Shown one piece after another: positions 48,607 through 58,074 of a stretch of 64,000 nt of DNA. Made by a program: the position numbers and the translations under genes. This stretch comes from Candidatus Parcubacteria bacterium (GTDB lineage Bacteria; Patescibacteriota; Minisyncoccia; UBA6257; JAGOQP01). Location: contig AP024682.1 of NCBI GenBank assembly GCA_025999395.1, positions 367,487 to 431,486 on the forward strand, read 5' to 3'. Below the pieces are notes generated by a model. The model was not told the origin of the DNA. It did no database searches and saw only the letters and a list, made by a program, of their open reading frames with translations. How positions within the stretch are numbered: position 1 is the stretch's first letter; the number at the start of each line of letters is the position of its first letter.

Positions 48607-49641
48607 TTATTCTCTTTTTTTGAAAGCAAGAAAGATGAGTAAAATGAGGATAATAAACAAGAGAATCAATCCAAGAGTAACTAAGTTATTGTTAGTTCCT
48701 ACTGTTTGAAGAATAGAGGCTTGAAGCGAATTATTATTTGAATAATAGTTTGGGCTAGCTTCCCCACTTCCTGTATAAACATACTGATGAGAAGGAACTA
48801 TAGAAACACTGTAGCCGGGGAAGTTGTTATAAGGAGGATTGACGGAATAAGAGAGATTGTTTGAATATGAATCTTCTGGATAAAGATAAACATATTTTAC
48901 TTGAGGTTCTTGATAAGAAGGATTATTAGTTGAAACACCAAGAGTAGTAAAGCTTAAAATTTGACCGAAAACGGTATTATTTCCACTTGCTAAAACCGCT
49001 CGATAATAGTAAGTGGTAGCCGGATTAAGCCCTCTAACCGTAGCCCAAAAAGTAGGAATTAAATTTTGGGAAGAATAATAAGAAGATGGAAAAATAGTGA
49101 TAGCAGAAGTTCTTTGGTTTAGATTATTAGGAGAAGTTCCATACTCAAACCAAGCTACTCTGTTTTCATTACTCGTTGAAGCTAATCCCCATAAAACCGC
49201 CTCGTAGCTTCCTATGTTTTGGGCGGGATTAGTTGAAACAGTTAGATAGTTACTATCAGAATAATTGTTTTGAGTAATAAAGCTAAGAGTATTTCCGTAA
49301 GTAGTTCCATAAGTATTAAAAGCCACTAAACGAAAATAATAAGTTGTATAAGGATTAAGGTTATTCAAAGTATAGGAAACATTTCCTGCTGAAGAGGTTA
49401 GTTGAAGAGGGGTTATCGAATCAAAAGAAGGACTTCGGCTGTATTCAAAATAATAGGTAGTCTGATAGCCCTTGGGATCAACATAACCATTTAAAGTGGC
49501 GGAGGTAGTAGAAATGTTAGTTGCTGAAAATGTTTGAACAAAGGGAGCATTATTAGTGGTTTGAGAAAAAACTAATTCTCTACTTCCGGCAATTATTAGC
49601 ACAAGAGATAACAAAATTGGTAAAAAGTAGGCCTTTTTCAT
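48607..49641 (-). CDS. Surface protein with two fibronectin type III-like repeats and a C-terminal TM anchor
   Basis: Signal peptide MKKAY..; two repeats with FEY..S and L.P.TTYY.R; S/T/N/Y-rich stalk; C-terminal TM plus KKRE. Confidence 0.8.
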   Translation of the reverse strand: MKKAYFLPILLSLVLIIAGSRELVFSQTTNNAPFVQTFSATNISTTSATLNGYVDPKGYQTTYYFEYSRSPSFDSITPLQLTSSAGNVSYTLNNLNPYTTYYFRLVAFNTYGTTYGNTLSFITQNNYSDSNYLTVSTNPAQNIGSYEAVLWGLASTSNENRVAWFEYGTSPNNLNQRTSAITIFPSSYYSSQNLIPTFWATVRGLNPATTYYYRAVLASGNNTVFGQILSFTTLGVSTNNPSYQEPQVKYVYLYPEDSYSNNLSYSVNPPYNNFPGYSVSIVPSHQYVYTGSGEASPNYYSNNNSLQASILQTVGTNNNLVTLGLILLFIILILLIFLAFKKRE

Positions 49642-49719
49642 ATTCTTAAAATAGAAATAATTATTTTTGAGAATATCACAAAATTTATAAATCGGCAAGA
49701 GTGGGATCAGCTGTAAAAT

Positions 49720-50691
49720 TTAAGATATTTGATCTTCGATTATCTCAAAATTTTCTCTTAAGAAAGTTGGTTTTTGAAAAAATATCTTTAGTTCTTCTAT
49801 TTGAGCTGAAGGCGGTCCTTTCTTAAGAATTTCCAAAAAACGGCTCAAACTTATTAAATCTCCTTGAGCTACAACTCTAATGGCAGGCAAATCAACTAAA
49901 TTACAACAAAACCCCTTTATTCCTAAATTTGAGGCAGATTGAAGAGCCAGAAAGCGATAACCTACCCCTTGAACTTTTCCCTTAGCTTCAAAATTCATCT
50001 CAATAGCCCCTTTTAAATCTTCTAAAGCTAAAGCGGAATCTAGAGAAAAATAACCGATTTTTGTTCTAGTTAGTTCTTTAACATACCCTCCAGTTTTCAA
50101 AATTTCTCCTAAATCTCTGGCAAAACTTCTTACATAAAACCCAGCCGAAACTTTAAGCTCTAATTCTAGTTCAATAGTTTCTTTTAAGTAAGAAACAGAT
50201 TTAATTTTGTAGCTGATTAAAGAAACTTCTTTTTCTTTTACTTCGAAATTAATTTTCTGGCGACTTAATTTATAAGCCGGAGTCCCCTTTATTTTAACAG
50301 CAGAAAATCGAGGAGGTTTTTGAGTTCTTTTTTGAGCTAATTGATTAATAGCTACCTCAATTTCTTGACAACTGGGTAATCTTTTTAAGGAATGAAAGAT
50401 CTTTTCTCCTTCAATATCATCAGTAGAAGAGCTAACTCCTAAAACAATTTTTGCTTGGTAAGTTTTATCTAATTTTTTGAGAAAAAGAAAGAGGCTTTTA
50501 GTAAATTCTCTTCCGACTGCTGTAATTAAAAGTCCATTTGCAAAGGGATCGAGTGTTCCTCCGTGACCAATTTTTGTTTTTTTCTGAAAATTTTCTTTCA
50601 GTATTTCTTTTAAAGATAGCTTAAACTTATTTAAAAACTTGGCGGAACTAATGCCGCTTGGTTTGTTTAGAAGAAAAAACCCCTCAATCAT
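49720..50691 (-). CDS. truB: tRNA pseudouridine(55) synthase TruB fused to an acylphosphatase domain
   Basis: NKP.G.SS, GHGGTLDP.A.G, Q.PP.FSAVK, G.YVRS.ARDLG, L.R; C-terminus GKVQGVGYR..G...N..KGPP.A. Confidence 0.9.
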   Translation of the reverse strand: MIEGFFLLNKPSGISSAKFLNKFKLSLKEILKENFQKKTKIGHGGTLDPFANGLLITAVGREFTKSLFLFLKKLDKTYQAKIVLGVSSSTDDIEGEKIFHSLKRLPSCQEIEVAINQLAQKRTQKPPRFSAVKIKGTPAYKLSRQKINFEVKEKEVSLISYKIKSVSYLKETIELELELKVSAGFYVRSFARDLGEILKTGGYVKELTRTKIGYFSLDSALALEDLKGAIEMNFEAKGKVQGVGYRFLALQSASNLGIKGFCCNLVDLPAIRVVAQGDLISLSRFLEILKKGPPSAQIEELKIFFQKPTFLRENFEIIEDQIS

Positions 50692-50751
50692 ATCTTCTAA
50701 TCAAAAACAAAACCAATTTTTTAAAATGAGTACTTTAAAGTAATTGAAAGG

Positions 50752-51660
50752 TTAATCTTTAAGATATTTACCAATAGCAATAAAACTGGAAACTAATCCT
50801 ACTCCCACTCCAAAAATTAGTTGGTAAGAGAAGAAAACAAGAATATCACTCATAAATTTCTGCCACAAATTAAGCTCGGGTATCATTACTTTTATATAAG
50901 GAGAAGCAAAATAGACTACTGGTCCAATAACTAAAAGACTTAAGAAAGCCGAAATGATTCCGTAAATCACCCCTTCCACAAGAAAAGGAGTGCGAATAAA
51001 GAAATTAGAACCCCCTACCAGTTTCATAATATTGATACTTTCGCGGCTTGAATAAATAGCCAAGCGAATAGTATTGAAGGTAATAAGAATAGCAATTAAA
51101 GTCATTACAATCGTTAAAATCATTCCTCCGTTACGAGAAATCGAAAGAATTTTGTTGAGTCGGTTAATAACAGCAGCGTTTTGACTATAAGAAACTTTCT
51201 CCACAAAAGGCTTAATCGAGTCGTTGTTTAAATAGCCGGCGATTACCGAGTATTCTTCCGGTTGACGAGCTTTAATGTTTAAAGAAGCCAGCAAGGGATT
51301 TTCATTAAGCTGTTCCAAGGCTTGAGAAATGGTGGCGTCATCTTTGTGTTTTTCCTTAAAAATAGATAAAGCTTCTTCTTTAGAAACATATTCCACCATT
51401 TTGACTTCCGGTAAACTTTCTAAAATAGATTTTATTCTTAAAATTTCATCTTCAGGGGAATCATTTTTAAAATAAACACTAATGTCAATCTTTTCCTGAA
51501 TGCTGTTAATCACTGTGCGAGCAATTATGTTTCCAATAATCAATCCGCCAAAAACAGTTAAAGTCATTACCATCACTACAATCGTTGCTCCCGAAAGCCA
51601 AGCATTTCTTAAAAAATTTTGAATTCCGTATTTAATAACGCGAACAAGAGCAGTAATCAT
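50752..51660 (-). CDS. ftsX: Cell division permease FtsX
   Basis: RN.W, SKEEAL, NPL, NTIRLAI, I.IMKLVG....FIR.PF..EG; next to ftsE. Confidence 0.93.
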   Translation of the reverse strand: MITALVRVIKYGIQNFLRNAWLSGATIVVMVMTLTVFGGLIIGNIIARTVINSIQEKIDISVYFKNDSPEDEILRIKSILESLPEVKMVEYVSKEEALSIFKEKHKDDATISQALEQLNENPLLASLNIKARQPEEYSVIAGYLNNDSIKPFVEKVSYSQNAAVINRLNKILSISRNGGMILTIVMTLIAILITFNTIRLAIYSSRESINIMKLVGGSNFFIRTPFLVEGVIYGIISAFLSLLVIGPVVYFASPYIKVMIPELNLWQKFMSDILVFFSYQLIFGVGVGLVSSFIAIGKYLKD

Positions 51661-51680
51661 ATTTTTTTATTATTTAAAAA

Positions 51681-52373
51681 TTAAAAAAGTATATATTTCC
51701 CTTCTTCTTCATCTCTTACAATTTGCCCTTCTTCTAAACTAATCACTCTTTTGTTAATGCTGTTGACTACATCTCGATTGTGAGTAGCCAAAATAATAGT
51801 CGTTCCTAATTCGTTAATTTTTAAAAGCAGTTTAATAATTTCACTGGAATTAATAGGATCCAAATTTCCTGTAGGTTCATCAGCGATAATCACATCCGGA
51901 TTATTTACCATTGCTCGAGCAATAGCTACTCTTTGTTTTTCTCCTCCCGAAAGCTCTCGAGGAAAGTTATCAGCTTTTGAAGAAAGGCCTACCATTTCTA
52001 AAGCCTTAGGCACCAACTCGTGAATTTCCTCTTCTGGCCTTCCGGAAACCTCCAAAGCAAAAGCTACATTTTCATAGGCAGTTTTTTCAGGTAAAAGTTT
52101 GAAGTCCTGAAAAATAGTGCCAATATGCCTTCTCATCCGGTAAAGCTCGCTTTGTTTTAAGCGAGTTACATCCCAAGAGCCAAAAATGATTCTTCCCTTT
52201 GTCGGCTTTTCCTCGCCAATTAAAAGCTTAATAATGGTTGATTTTCCTGCTCCGGAACGACCTACTAAAGAAACAAATTCTTTGGGGTTTATTTTAAAGC
52301 TTACATTATCCAACGCAATCACTGAATGACTGTTGCTTTTATAGATCTTAGAAACCGATTGGAAAATAATCAT
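51681..52373 (-). CDS. ftsE: Cell division ATP-binding protein FtsE
   Basis: [39 protein letters not shown]. Confidence 0.95.
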   Translation of the reverse strand: MIIFQSVSKIYKSNSHSVIALDNVSFKINPKEFVSLVGRSGAGKSTIIKLLIGEEKPTKGRIIFGSWDVTRLKQSELYRMRRHIGTIFQDFKLLPEKTAYENVAFALEVSGRPEEEIHELVPKALEMVGLSSKADNFPRELSGGEKQRVAIARAMVNNPDVIIADEPTGNLDPINSSEIIKLLLKINELGTTIILATHNRDVVNSINKRVISLEEGQIVRDEEEGKYILF

Positions 52374-52381
52374 ATTTAAAG

Positions 52382-52390
52382 ATTATAACA
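52382..52390 (-). promoter_or_regulatory. Extended -10 promoter for ftsEX
   Basis: On the - strand: TGTTATAAT, 8 nt before the ATG. Confidence 0.6.
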
Positions 52391-52416
52391 AAGAAAATAG
52401 AAAATACCAGAACCTG

Positions 52417-53509
52417 TTAAGGTAAACAGGTTAATTCTGCTTCAATAAAATCATCTAAATCTCCTTCTTCCAGAACTCTTTCCACTTGTGTAGTTTCGCA
52501 GCCAGTTCGATGATCCTTAATAAGTTTATAAGGATTCAGTACATAAGATCGAATTTGACTCCCCCATTCTGGTTTTACTTTGGTTTTTAATTTATCCAGC
52601 TCTTGAATTTTTTCTTTTTCCATAAGCTGGATTAATTTGGCTTCCAAAATTTTTAAGGCTTTTTCCCGATTTTGAGATTGAGAACGCTCGGCTTGAGAAG
52701 AAGCAACCAAACCCGTTGGCAAATGTACAATTCTCACTGCGGTTTCTACCTTGTTGACATTTTGCCCTCCGGGTCCAGAAGAGCGAAAAAATTCTATTTT
52801 TAAATCTTTCTCGGGAATATTTAACCTTTGAAAATTATTGTCGTAATTTAATTCCGGCAAAACTTCAACCAAAGCAAAAGAAGTGTGTCTTAATTGTTGA
52901 GCAGAAAAGGGCGAAATTCTTACTAAGCGGTGAACGCCGCTTTCTTTCTTTAAATACCCAAAAGCAAAGTTTCCTTCGATTTCAAAAGTAATATTTTTTA
53001 AAGGGATTCGGCCGGTTCTTTCTTCGTTGGATTCTTGGGAATAATCCAAAATGATTACCTTCCAATTTTTTCTTTCTGCATAGGCTTTATACATTAAAAA
53101 GAGCATATGAACCCAATCAGCGGCATCTTTTCCTCCAGCTCCAGCGTAAATAGAAACAATAGCATTATTTTTATCCCATTTGCCCGTAAAGATTTTCTTT
53201 ATCTCTAATTTTCTTATTAACCCTTCTACTCTTAAAATTTCTGACTCATCAATTTTTTCTTTTTGAGCAATAAGATGAGCTAAAGAATTTTGAGCATCAA
53301 AAAAGATTTCCAGTATTTCTTTTATTTCGCCAATTTCTTCTAAAACCAGATCAACTTTCTTTTTGTCTTTCCAGAAATCACTATCCTGAAGTAAAAATTC
53401 CTTCTCCTTAAGGAAATTTTGTTTTTTCTCTACCTCAAAGCCAGCCTCCTATTTGGCGGAGGCGGACCGTTAAATCGTTCAGTTTTTGTTGATAATCTTT
53501 TTCTAACAT
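52417..53509 (-). CDS. prfB: Peptide chain release factor 2 with programmed +1 frameshift
   Basis: Frame 0: ATG 53509, MLEKDYQQKLNDLTVRLRQIGGWL, then CTT TGA (53440-53435). The +1 frame is open (EVEKKQ..DFWKD..AGAGG.DA.DW) into SPF and GGQ motifs. Internal AGGAGG at 53450-53445. Confidence 0.95.
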
Positions 53510-53530
53510 TTTTAAAAAATTTTTACCTAG

Positions 53531-53602
53531 AGCCGGAGGGGAGATTCGAACTCCCGACCTTGGCTTTACGAAAGCCCCGCTCTACCCCTGAGCTACTCCG
53601 GC
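53531..53602 (-). tRNA. tRNA-Thr(CGT), CCA not encoded
   Basis: Acceptor GCCGGAG/CTCCGGC, D arm GCTC..GAGC, anticodon loop TTCGTAA, T arm GGGAG-TTCGAAT-CTCCC. Confidence 0.93.
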
Positions 53603-53662
53603 TAAAGTGTTTAAAGAAAGAATATCAAAAAAGATAAGAAAAATAAATGAGAAATACTTTTT

Positions 53663-56038
53663 TTATTCTCTTAATCTTAAAAGAATTTCTTTTTCTACAA
53701 TCTCTCTTTCGGTGCCATACTTCAGGAAGGAAATTTCCTTTATTTTTTCTGCTAATTGGTAGTCAGAAGGCGGATAAAGAGGAGTTCTTATATTAAACGG
53801 TTTAGAAGTTTGACCATTGATGAGAATTTTTACACAAGCTCTTAGGTTGTCTAGATTGATTAAATCATTTTGGCTAAATTCTGGTTCGAATTGTTTTACT
53901 AAATATTCAGCATCATCAGCTCCTACTCGAAAAGAAATAATTGAACCAACATTTCCAAAAACCGCGTCCCTGATTTTTTCTGGCAACTGTTTAATATACT
54001 GGTTAGCCACCACCAAGTTTAAGTGAAACTTTCTGGCTTCTGCCAAAATAGAAGCCACCGAATCGGTAGTAAAGTTTTGAAACTCATCAATATAAAGATT
54101 AAAATCTTTTCTTTCTTTATCCGGAACATCAATTCGAGAAAAGGCAGCCATTAAAATTTTTCCAATAATAATCATCCCTAAAAGATTAGCATTAATTTCC
54201 CCTACTCTTCCCTTGGCTAAGTTAATAAGAAAGATTTTCCCTTCATCCATAATCTTGCGGAAGTTAAAGGAAGATTTTACCTGTCCAATAATAGGACGCA
54301 TATAGTCGTTCGCGATAAAATTATTGAATTTTGAAGTAATATAAGGAGTAATATTTGCCAAGGAGGCTTCTCCTCCTACGCGGATGGCTTCTTTTTCCCA
54401 GAAATCGATGACAACGGGATTGTTAATTCTAGCTAACTTTCTTCTTCTAAAAAGATCATCCGAAAAAACTCGCGGCACCTCCATCAGAGTGGCTGGTTCA
54501 TTGACGGCATCTTCCATTAAAAGCAAAAGAGCATTTCTCATATACTGCTCAAACATCGGTCCACCAGTAGCCTTTAAATCATAGAGTTTATCAAAGATGC
54601 TAAGCATTTCATTAACAATAAAAGTCTTTTGTTCCGGTTTATCAAAATCGTATTCCAGCATATTTAATCCAACAGGTTTTTTAACATTTGCCGGATCAAA
54701 ATAAATAACATCATCTATTCTTTGAGGAGGAATTAAAGCAAGCAGTTTTTCCGCTAATTCTCCGTGAGGATCCATTACTGCTACCCCCTTTCCTTTTTGA
54801 ATATCATCCAAAGCCATATTAGTAATTAAAGCTGTCTTTCCGGTGCCGGTTTGCCCGATAATGTAAACATGACGCCTTCTATCTTCTTCGGTTATATAAA
54901 CAGGCTTTATTACTCCATTAAAGACGCTTTCACCAATTTTAGTACCATCTGAAGGAAGATTAGGAGGAGGAGCAACTTCTTTCGATTTTAGCCATTTTAC
55001 TCGCGGAGAAAGAGTGGAGGTGGTGGGAAAATGAAAAACACCAGCTAATTCTTCGGTGTTTAAAATCATTTTTTGACTTTCGTCAAATTCTCTAAAGGAA
55101 AATTGATAAGCTAATTTTTTAAGGTTCTTTACTTTGACAATTTTTATTTTGTTTTTTAAAGGAGCTTCAAATTGAGAAAAAGATCCAGCAATTGCTTCCA
55201 TAATCCTTTCGGTTTGATATTGACTTAAAGAAGAAACCACTACTCGATAATTAATTTCAAACAAAGGTTTAGAAACTTTCTTTTCTAATTCTTTAATAGA
55301 AGTTTCATCAACAATGGAAGGAGAAGATTTCTTCTTTTCCTCCTCTTCAGGATTAATAGCTTCACTAATTTCTTTTAAATCGATTAAACTTTCTGAACTA
55401 ACTTTTTTAAAACTTTCTCCTTTGCGCAATTGATTAATCATTTCAAAAATTGATTTTTTATATGATTCGGCTGCTGGTCTAATAATAAGCTGAATAGCTG
55501 CTCCTTCTCCTACCTGATTTAGTCGAGAAAGTCCGCTTAAAATAGGAGAAAAGGTATCCACTTCACTTTCTAAGTAGGTTCTCAACATTAAGGAGTAATG
55601 TTTATCTTGCTTTAAATAAAAACCAGCCGAATATCCTTGGGGTTGAAAAATATTATACTCAGGAGCCAACTCTACTTGAGAATCTTTGAAAATTCCTTCT
55701 ATTTGCCGACTAACAAAAGAAACATCTTTCTCCGGCACAGCTAAATAAAAATGAATTTCTTCTCCTATATGATGAACCGCTGCCTCAAAAACTACCCCCT
55801 CCTTTATTGCCGAAAAAACATTAAATAGCTGTTCTGAAAGATTAATTTCTTCTTTAAACTTTCCTAGTGAAGTTTCTTTATCAGTAGCTGAAGGAGAAGG
55901 AAGCCTTACCAAAAGAAGTTTTAATCCCAGAGATCTTTTTAATCTCTCTTTTTTAAAAGAAAAAATTCCATAAAGAAAAACCCCCAACGCCAAAAAAGAA
56001 AGAAAGAAAACAGTTATTACTATCAAAAGATCATTCAT
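53663..56038 (-). CDS. TraG/VirD4/VirB4-like (HerA-FtsK superfamily) ATPase with N-terminal TM
   Basis: DRRRH.YIIGQTGTGKT Walker A, DPHG, LYIDEFQNF Walker B, EARKF, ANQYI.QL, GNVG. Confidence 0.85.
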   Translation of the reverse strand: MNDLLIVITVFFLSFLALGVFLYGIFSFKKERLKRSLGLKLLLVRLPSPSATDKETSLGKFKEEINLSEQLFNVFSAIKEGVVFEAAVHHIGEEIHFYLAVPEKDVSFVSRQIEGIFKDSQVELAPEYNIFQPQGYSAGFYLKQDKHYSLMLRTYLESEVDTFSPILSGLSRLNQVGEGAAIQLIIRPAAESYKKSIFEMINQLRKGESFKKVSSESLIDLKEISEAINPEEEEKKKSSPSIVDETSIKELEKKVSKPLFEINYRVVVSSLSQYQTERIMEAIAGSFSQFEAPLKNKIKIVKVKNLKKLAYQFSFREFDESQKMILNTEELAGVFHFPTTSTLSPRVKWLKSKEVAPPPNLPSDGTKIGESVFNGVIKPVYITEEDRRRHVYIIGQTGTGKTALITNMALDDIQKGKGVAVMDPHGELAEKLLALIPPQRIDDVIYFDPANVKKPVGLNMLEYDFDKPEQKTFIVNEMLSIFDKLYDLKATGGPMFEQYMRNALLLLMEDAVNEPATLMEVPRVFSDDLFRRRKLARINNPVVIDFWEKEAIRVGGEASLANITPYITSKFNNFIANDYMRPIIGQVKSSFNFRKIMDEGKIFLINLAKGRVGEINANLLGMIIIGKILMAAFSRIDVPDKERKDFNLYIDEFQNFTTDSVASILAEARKFHLNLVVANQYIKQLPEKIRDAVFGNVGSIISFRVGADDAEYLVKQFEPEFSQNDLINLDNLRACVKILINGQTSKPFNIRTPLYPPSDYQLAEKIKEISFLKYGTEREIVEKEILLRLRE

Positions 56039-56078
56039 AGATAATTCGTTATTTGCTTATAAAAAAAGAGTTAAAAAA

Positions 56079-56486
56079 TTAAATTAACTCTCTTCTTTTT
56101 AACTCATCAAGCACTTTTTCTACTAAAGCATCGTGATAAAGATCTAAAAGATAAGGGTCATTTTCTTTTAAAGCCAACCTAACTCCGGCACTAATCCCCT
56201 TTTCTAAAGTTATTTCAATCAATTTTTTTACCTTTTCTTTAACATCTTCTTCGGCAGAAAGAGCGTAGCTTGGAAAAACTTCTGATGAAACATTTTGAGG
56301 GATTAAGCTTGGAGATGGCTGAGTTGCTTTGCTTAAGGTAGCGGCTTCTTCTACTTTTTTCTTAACAATTGATTCTATTATTTCTCTTTCGGAGGGCTTT
56401 TCAACAGCATCGAGACGTTGAAGGTTTTCTTTGTATTCTTGAGCAATTTGTTCGTAATTGATATTATGAAGATTGTTATCAGGCAT
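56079..56486 (-). CDS. Hypothetical protein upstream of the ATPase
   Basis: 135-aa ORF, same strand, 40 nt from the ATPase start; C-terminal KGI..G..LA...DPYLLD.YHD.L. Confidence 0.65.
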   Translation of the reverse strand: MPDNNLHNINYEQIAQEYKENLQRLDAVEKPSEREIIESIVKKKVEEAATLSKATQPSPSLIPQNVSSEVFPSYALSAEEDVKEKVKKLIEITLEKGISAGVRLALKENDPYLLDLYHDALVEKVLDELKRRELI

Positions 56487-56504
56487 AATAAAATTTTTAA
56501 AATT

Positions 56505-58064
56505 ATGAATGACTATAAAAAATACTTTTGGCTTGCTTTGGGAGTTATTTTTATTTTAACAGTTTTCTTCCGATTTTACAATTTGGCCACAGTTCCGCCA
56601 GGACTTTACCCAGATGAGGCAATGAATGGCAATAATGCTTTAGAGGCAATAAAAACTGGAAAATTTAAAGTTTTTTATCCAGAAAATAACGGTCGAGAAG
56701 GTCTTTTTATAAACTTTCAAGCTTTGCTCTTAAAAATTTTTCAAAAAAGAGAACCCTGGGTTTTGCGTTCTGCCAGCGCTCTTTTTGGGAGTTTAACAGT
56801 AATTGGAATCTTCTTTCTGATTGTTGAAATTTTAAAAATCAATTCTTGGGAAAAAAACAAATCTTTTTTACTTTTACCCTTTTTAAGCTCTTTTTTAGTA
56901 GCTATAAGTTTTTGGCATATTAACTTTTCCCGCATTGGTTTTCGAGCAATTATGGCGCCGGCTTTTTTGGTATGGTCCATTTATTTTTTGATAAAATCAT
57001 TTAATAGAGAAAAAGAAACTCGCGAAAGAATAATAAATCCTTTTTTGTTAGCTGGCTTAGCCGGCTTTCTTTATGGATTAGGAATGCATTCTTATATTGC
57101 TTATCGTGTTACTCCTCTTTTAATAATTTCTATTTATTTTCTTTATTGGAAATTTAATCCTGAGAGTATCAGTAAAAAAAGAATTTTTTTAAATTTTCTT
57201 ACTTTTACTATTTTTGCTTTGATAGCTTTTGCTCCCTTAGGAATTTATTTTCTAAAAAATCCTGCTGACTTTTTTGGGAGGACTGGCCAACTTTCCATTT
57301 TTTCCTCCCCTACTCCTTTAAAGGATTTGATTGAAAATACTCTTAAAACTTTAGCGATGTTTCATTTTAAAGGGGATGCTAATTGGAGACACAATTATTC
57401 TGGCAGTCCTCAACTTTTTTGGTTAACAGGATTATTCTTTGTTTTGGGAATTTTAAAGGGAATAGCTTGGGTAATTGATAAAAAAACAAAGGAAGTCACT
57501 AGAGATAATCAAAAAAATAATCTAAAATTTATCTTTCTTCTTTCGCTTATTTGGTTGATTTTAGCATTTTTGCCGGTGGTTATTTCTAATGAAGGTATTC
57601 CTCACGCTTTGCGCTCGATTTTAATGATTCCTCCAGTTTTTATTATCTCCGGAATAGGTGGTTTTTATTTTTTTGAGTTTATTTATCGAAAAACAAATAA
57701 AAAAATAACTTATTTAGTTGGAATAATTCTAATGCTGGCGATGATCCTTCAATCTTTTATCTTCTATTTTATTCTTTGGGCAAAAAATCCCAATGTCGCT
57801 GATGCCTTCAGTGTTAGATATTTAGAAATCGGTCGGCAAATAAATGAAATTTCTGAAAAAGTAAAAAAATATGTTGTTGTTAATGCGTCAGGAATAGAAG
57901 TTCGAGGAATTCCTATGCCTGCTCAAATCATAATGTTTATTACTGATTCCTTTAGCTTCGAAGATCAAGAAAAAAAGCAAATCTTTTATATTTCTCCCGA
58001 AAAAGAAAAAGAAGTTGATGAAAATAATTCCTTAATCTTTTATTTAGAGGAAAAAAGAGATTAG
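56505..58064 (+). CDS. GT-C membrane glycosyltransferase (PMT/ArnT-like)
   Basis: RFY.L...PPG...DEA.NG..A, NGREGLF, WH..FSR..FR, many TMs, PH.LR; ATG at 56505 preferred. Confidence 0.8.
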   Translation: MNDYKKYFWLALGVIFILTVFFRFYNLATVPPGLYPDEAMNGNNALEAIKTGKFKVFYPENNGREGLFINFQALLLKIFQKREPWVLRSASALFGSLTVIGIFFLIVEILKINSWEKNKSFLLLPFLSSFLVAISFWHINFSRIGFRAIMAPAFLVWSIYFLIKSFNREKETRERIINPFLLAGLAGFLYGLGMHSYIAYRVTPLLIISIYFLYWKFNPESISKKRIFLNFLTFTIFALIAFAPLGIYFLKNPADFFGRTGQLSIFSSPTPLKDLIENTLKTLAMFHFKGDANWRHNYSGSPQLFWLTGLFFVLGILKGIAWVIDKKTKEVTRDNQKNNLKFIFLLSLIWLILAFLPVVISNEGIPHALRSILMIPPVFIISGIGGFYFFEFIYRKTNKKITYLVGIILMLAMILQSFIFYFILWAKNPNVADAFSVRYLEIGRQINEISEKVKKYVVVNASGIEVRGIPMPAQIIMFITDSFSFEDQEKKQIFYISPEKEKEVDENNSLIFYLEEKRD

Positions 58065-58074
58065 AAATTGAATT

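Noticed and set aside
48500-48709. 69-aa + strand ORF
   Set aside because: Coincides with tRNA-Gln and the antisense of the FN3 gene.
53419-53637. 72-aa + strand ORF
   Set aside because: Antisense to tRNA-Thr and the prfB 5' segment.
53531-56486. Integrative conjugative element at tRNA-Thr
   Set aside because: No integrase or relaxase, no duplicated tRNA 3' end seen, and no compositional shift.
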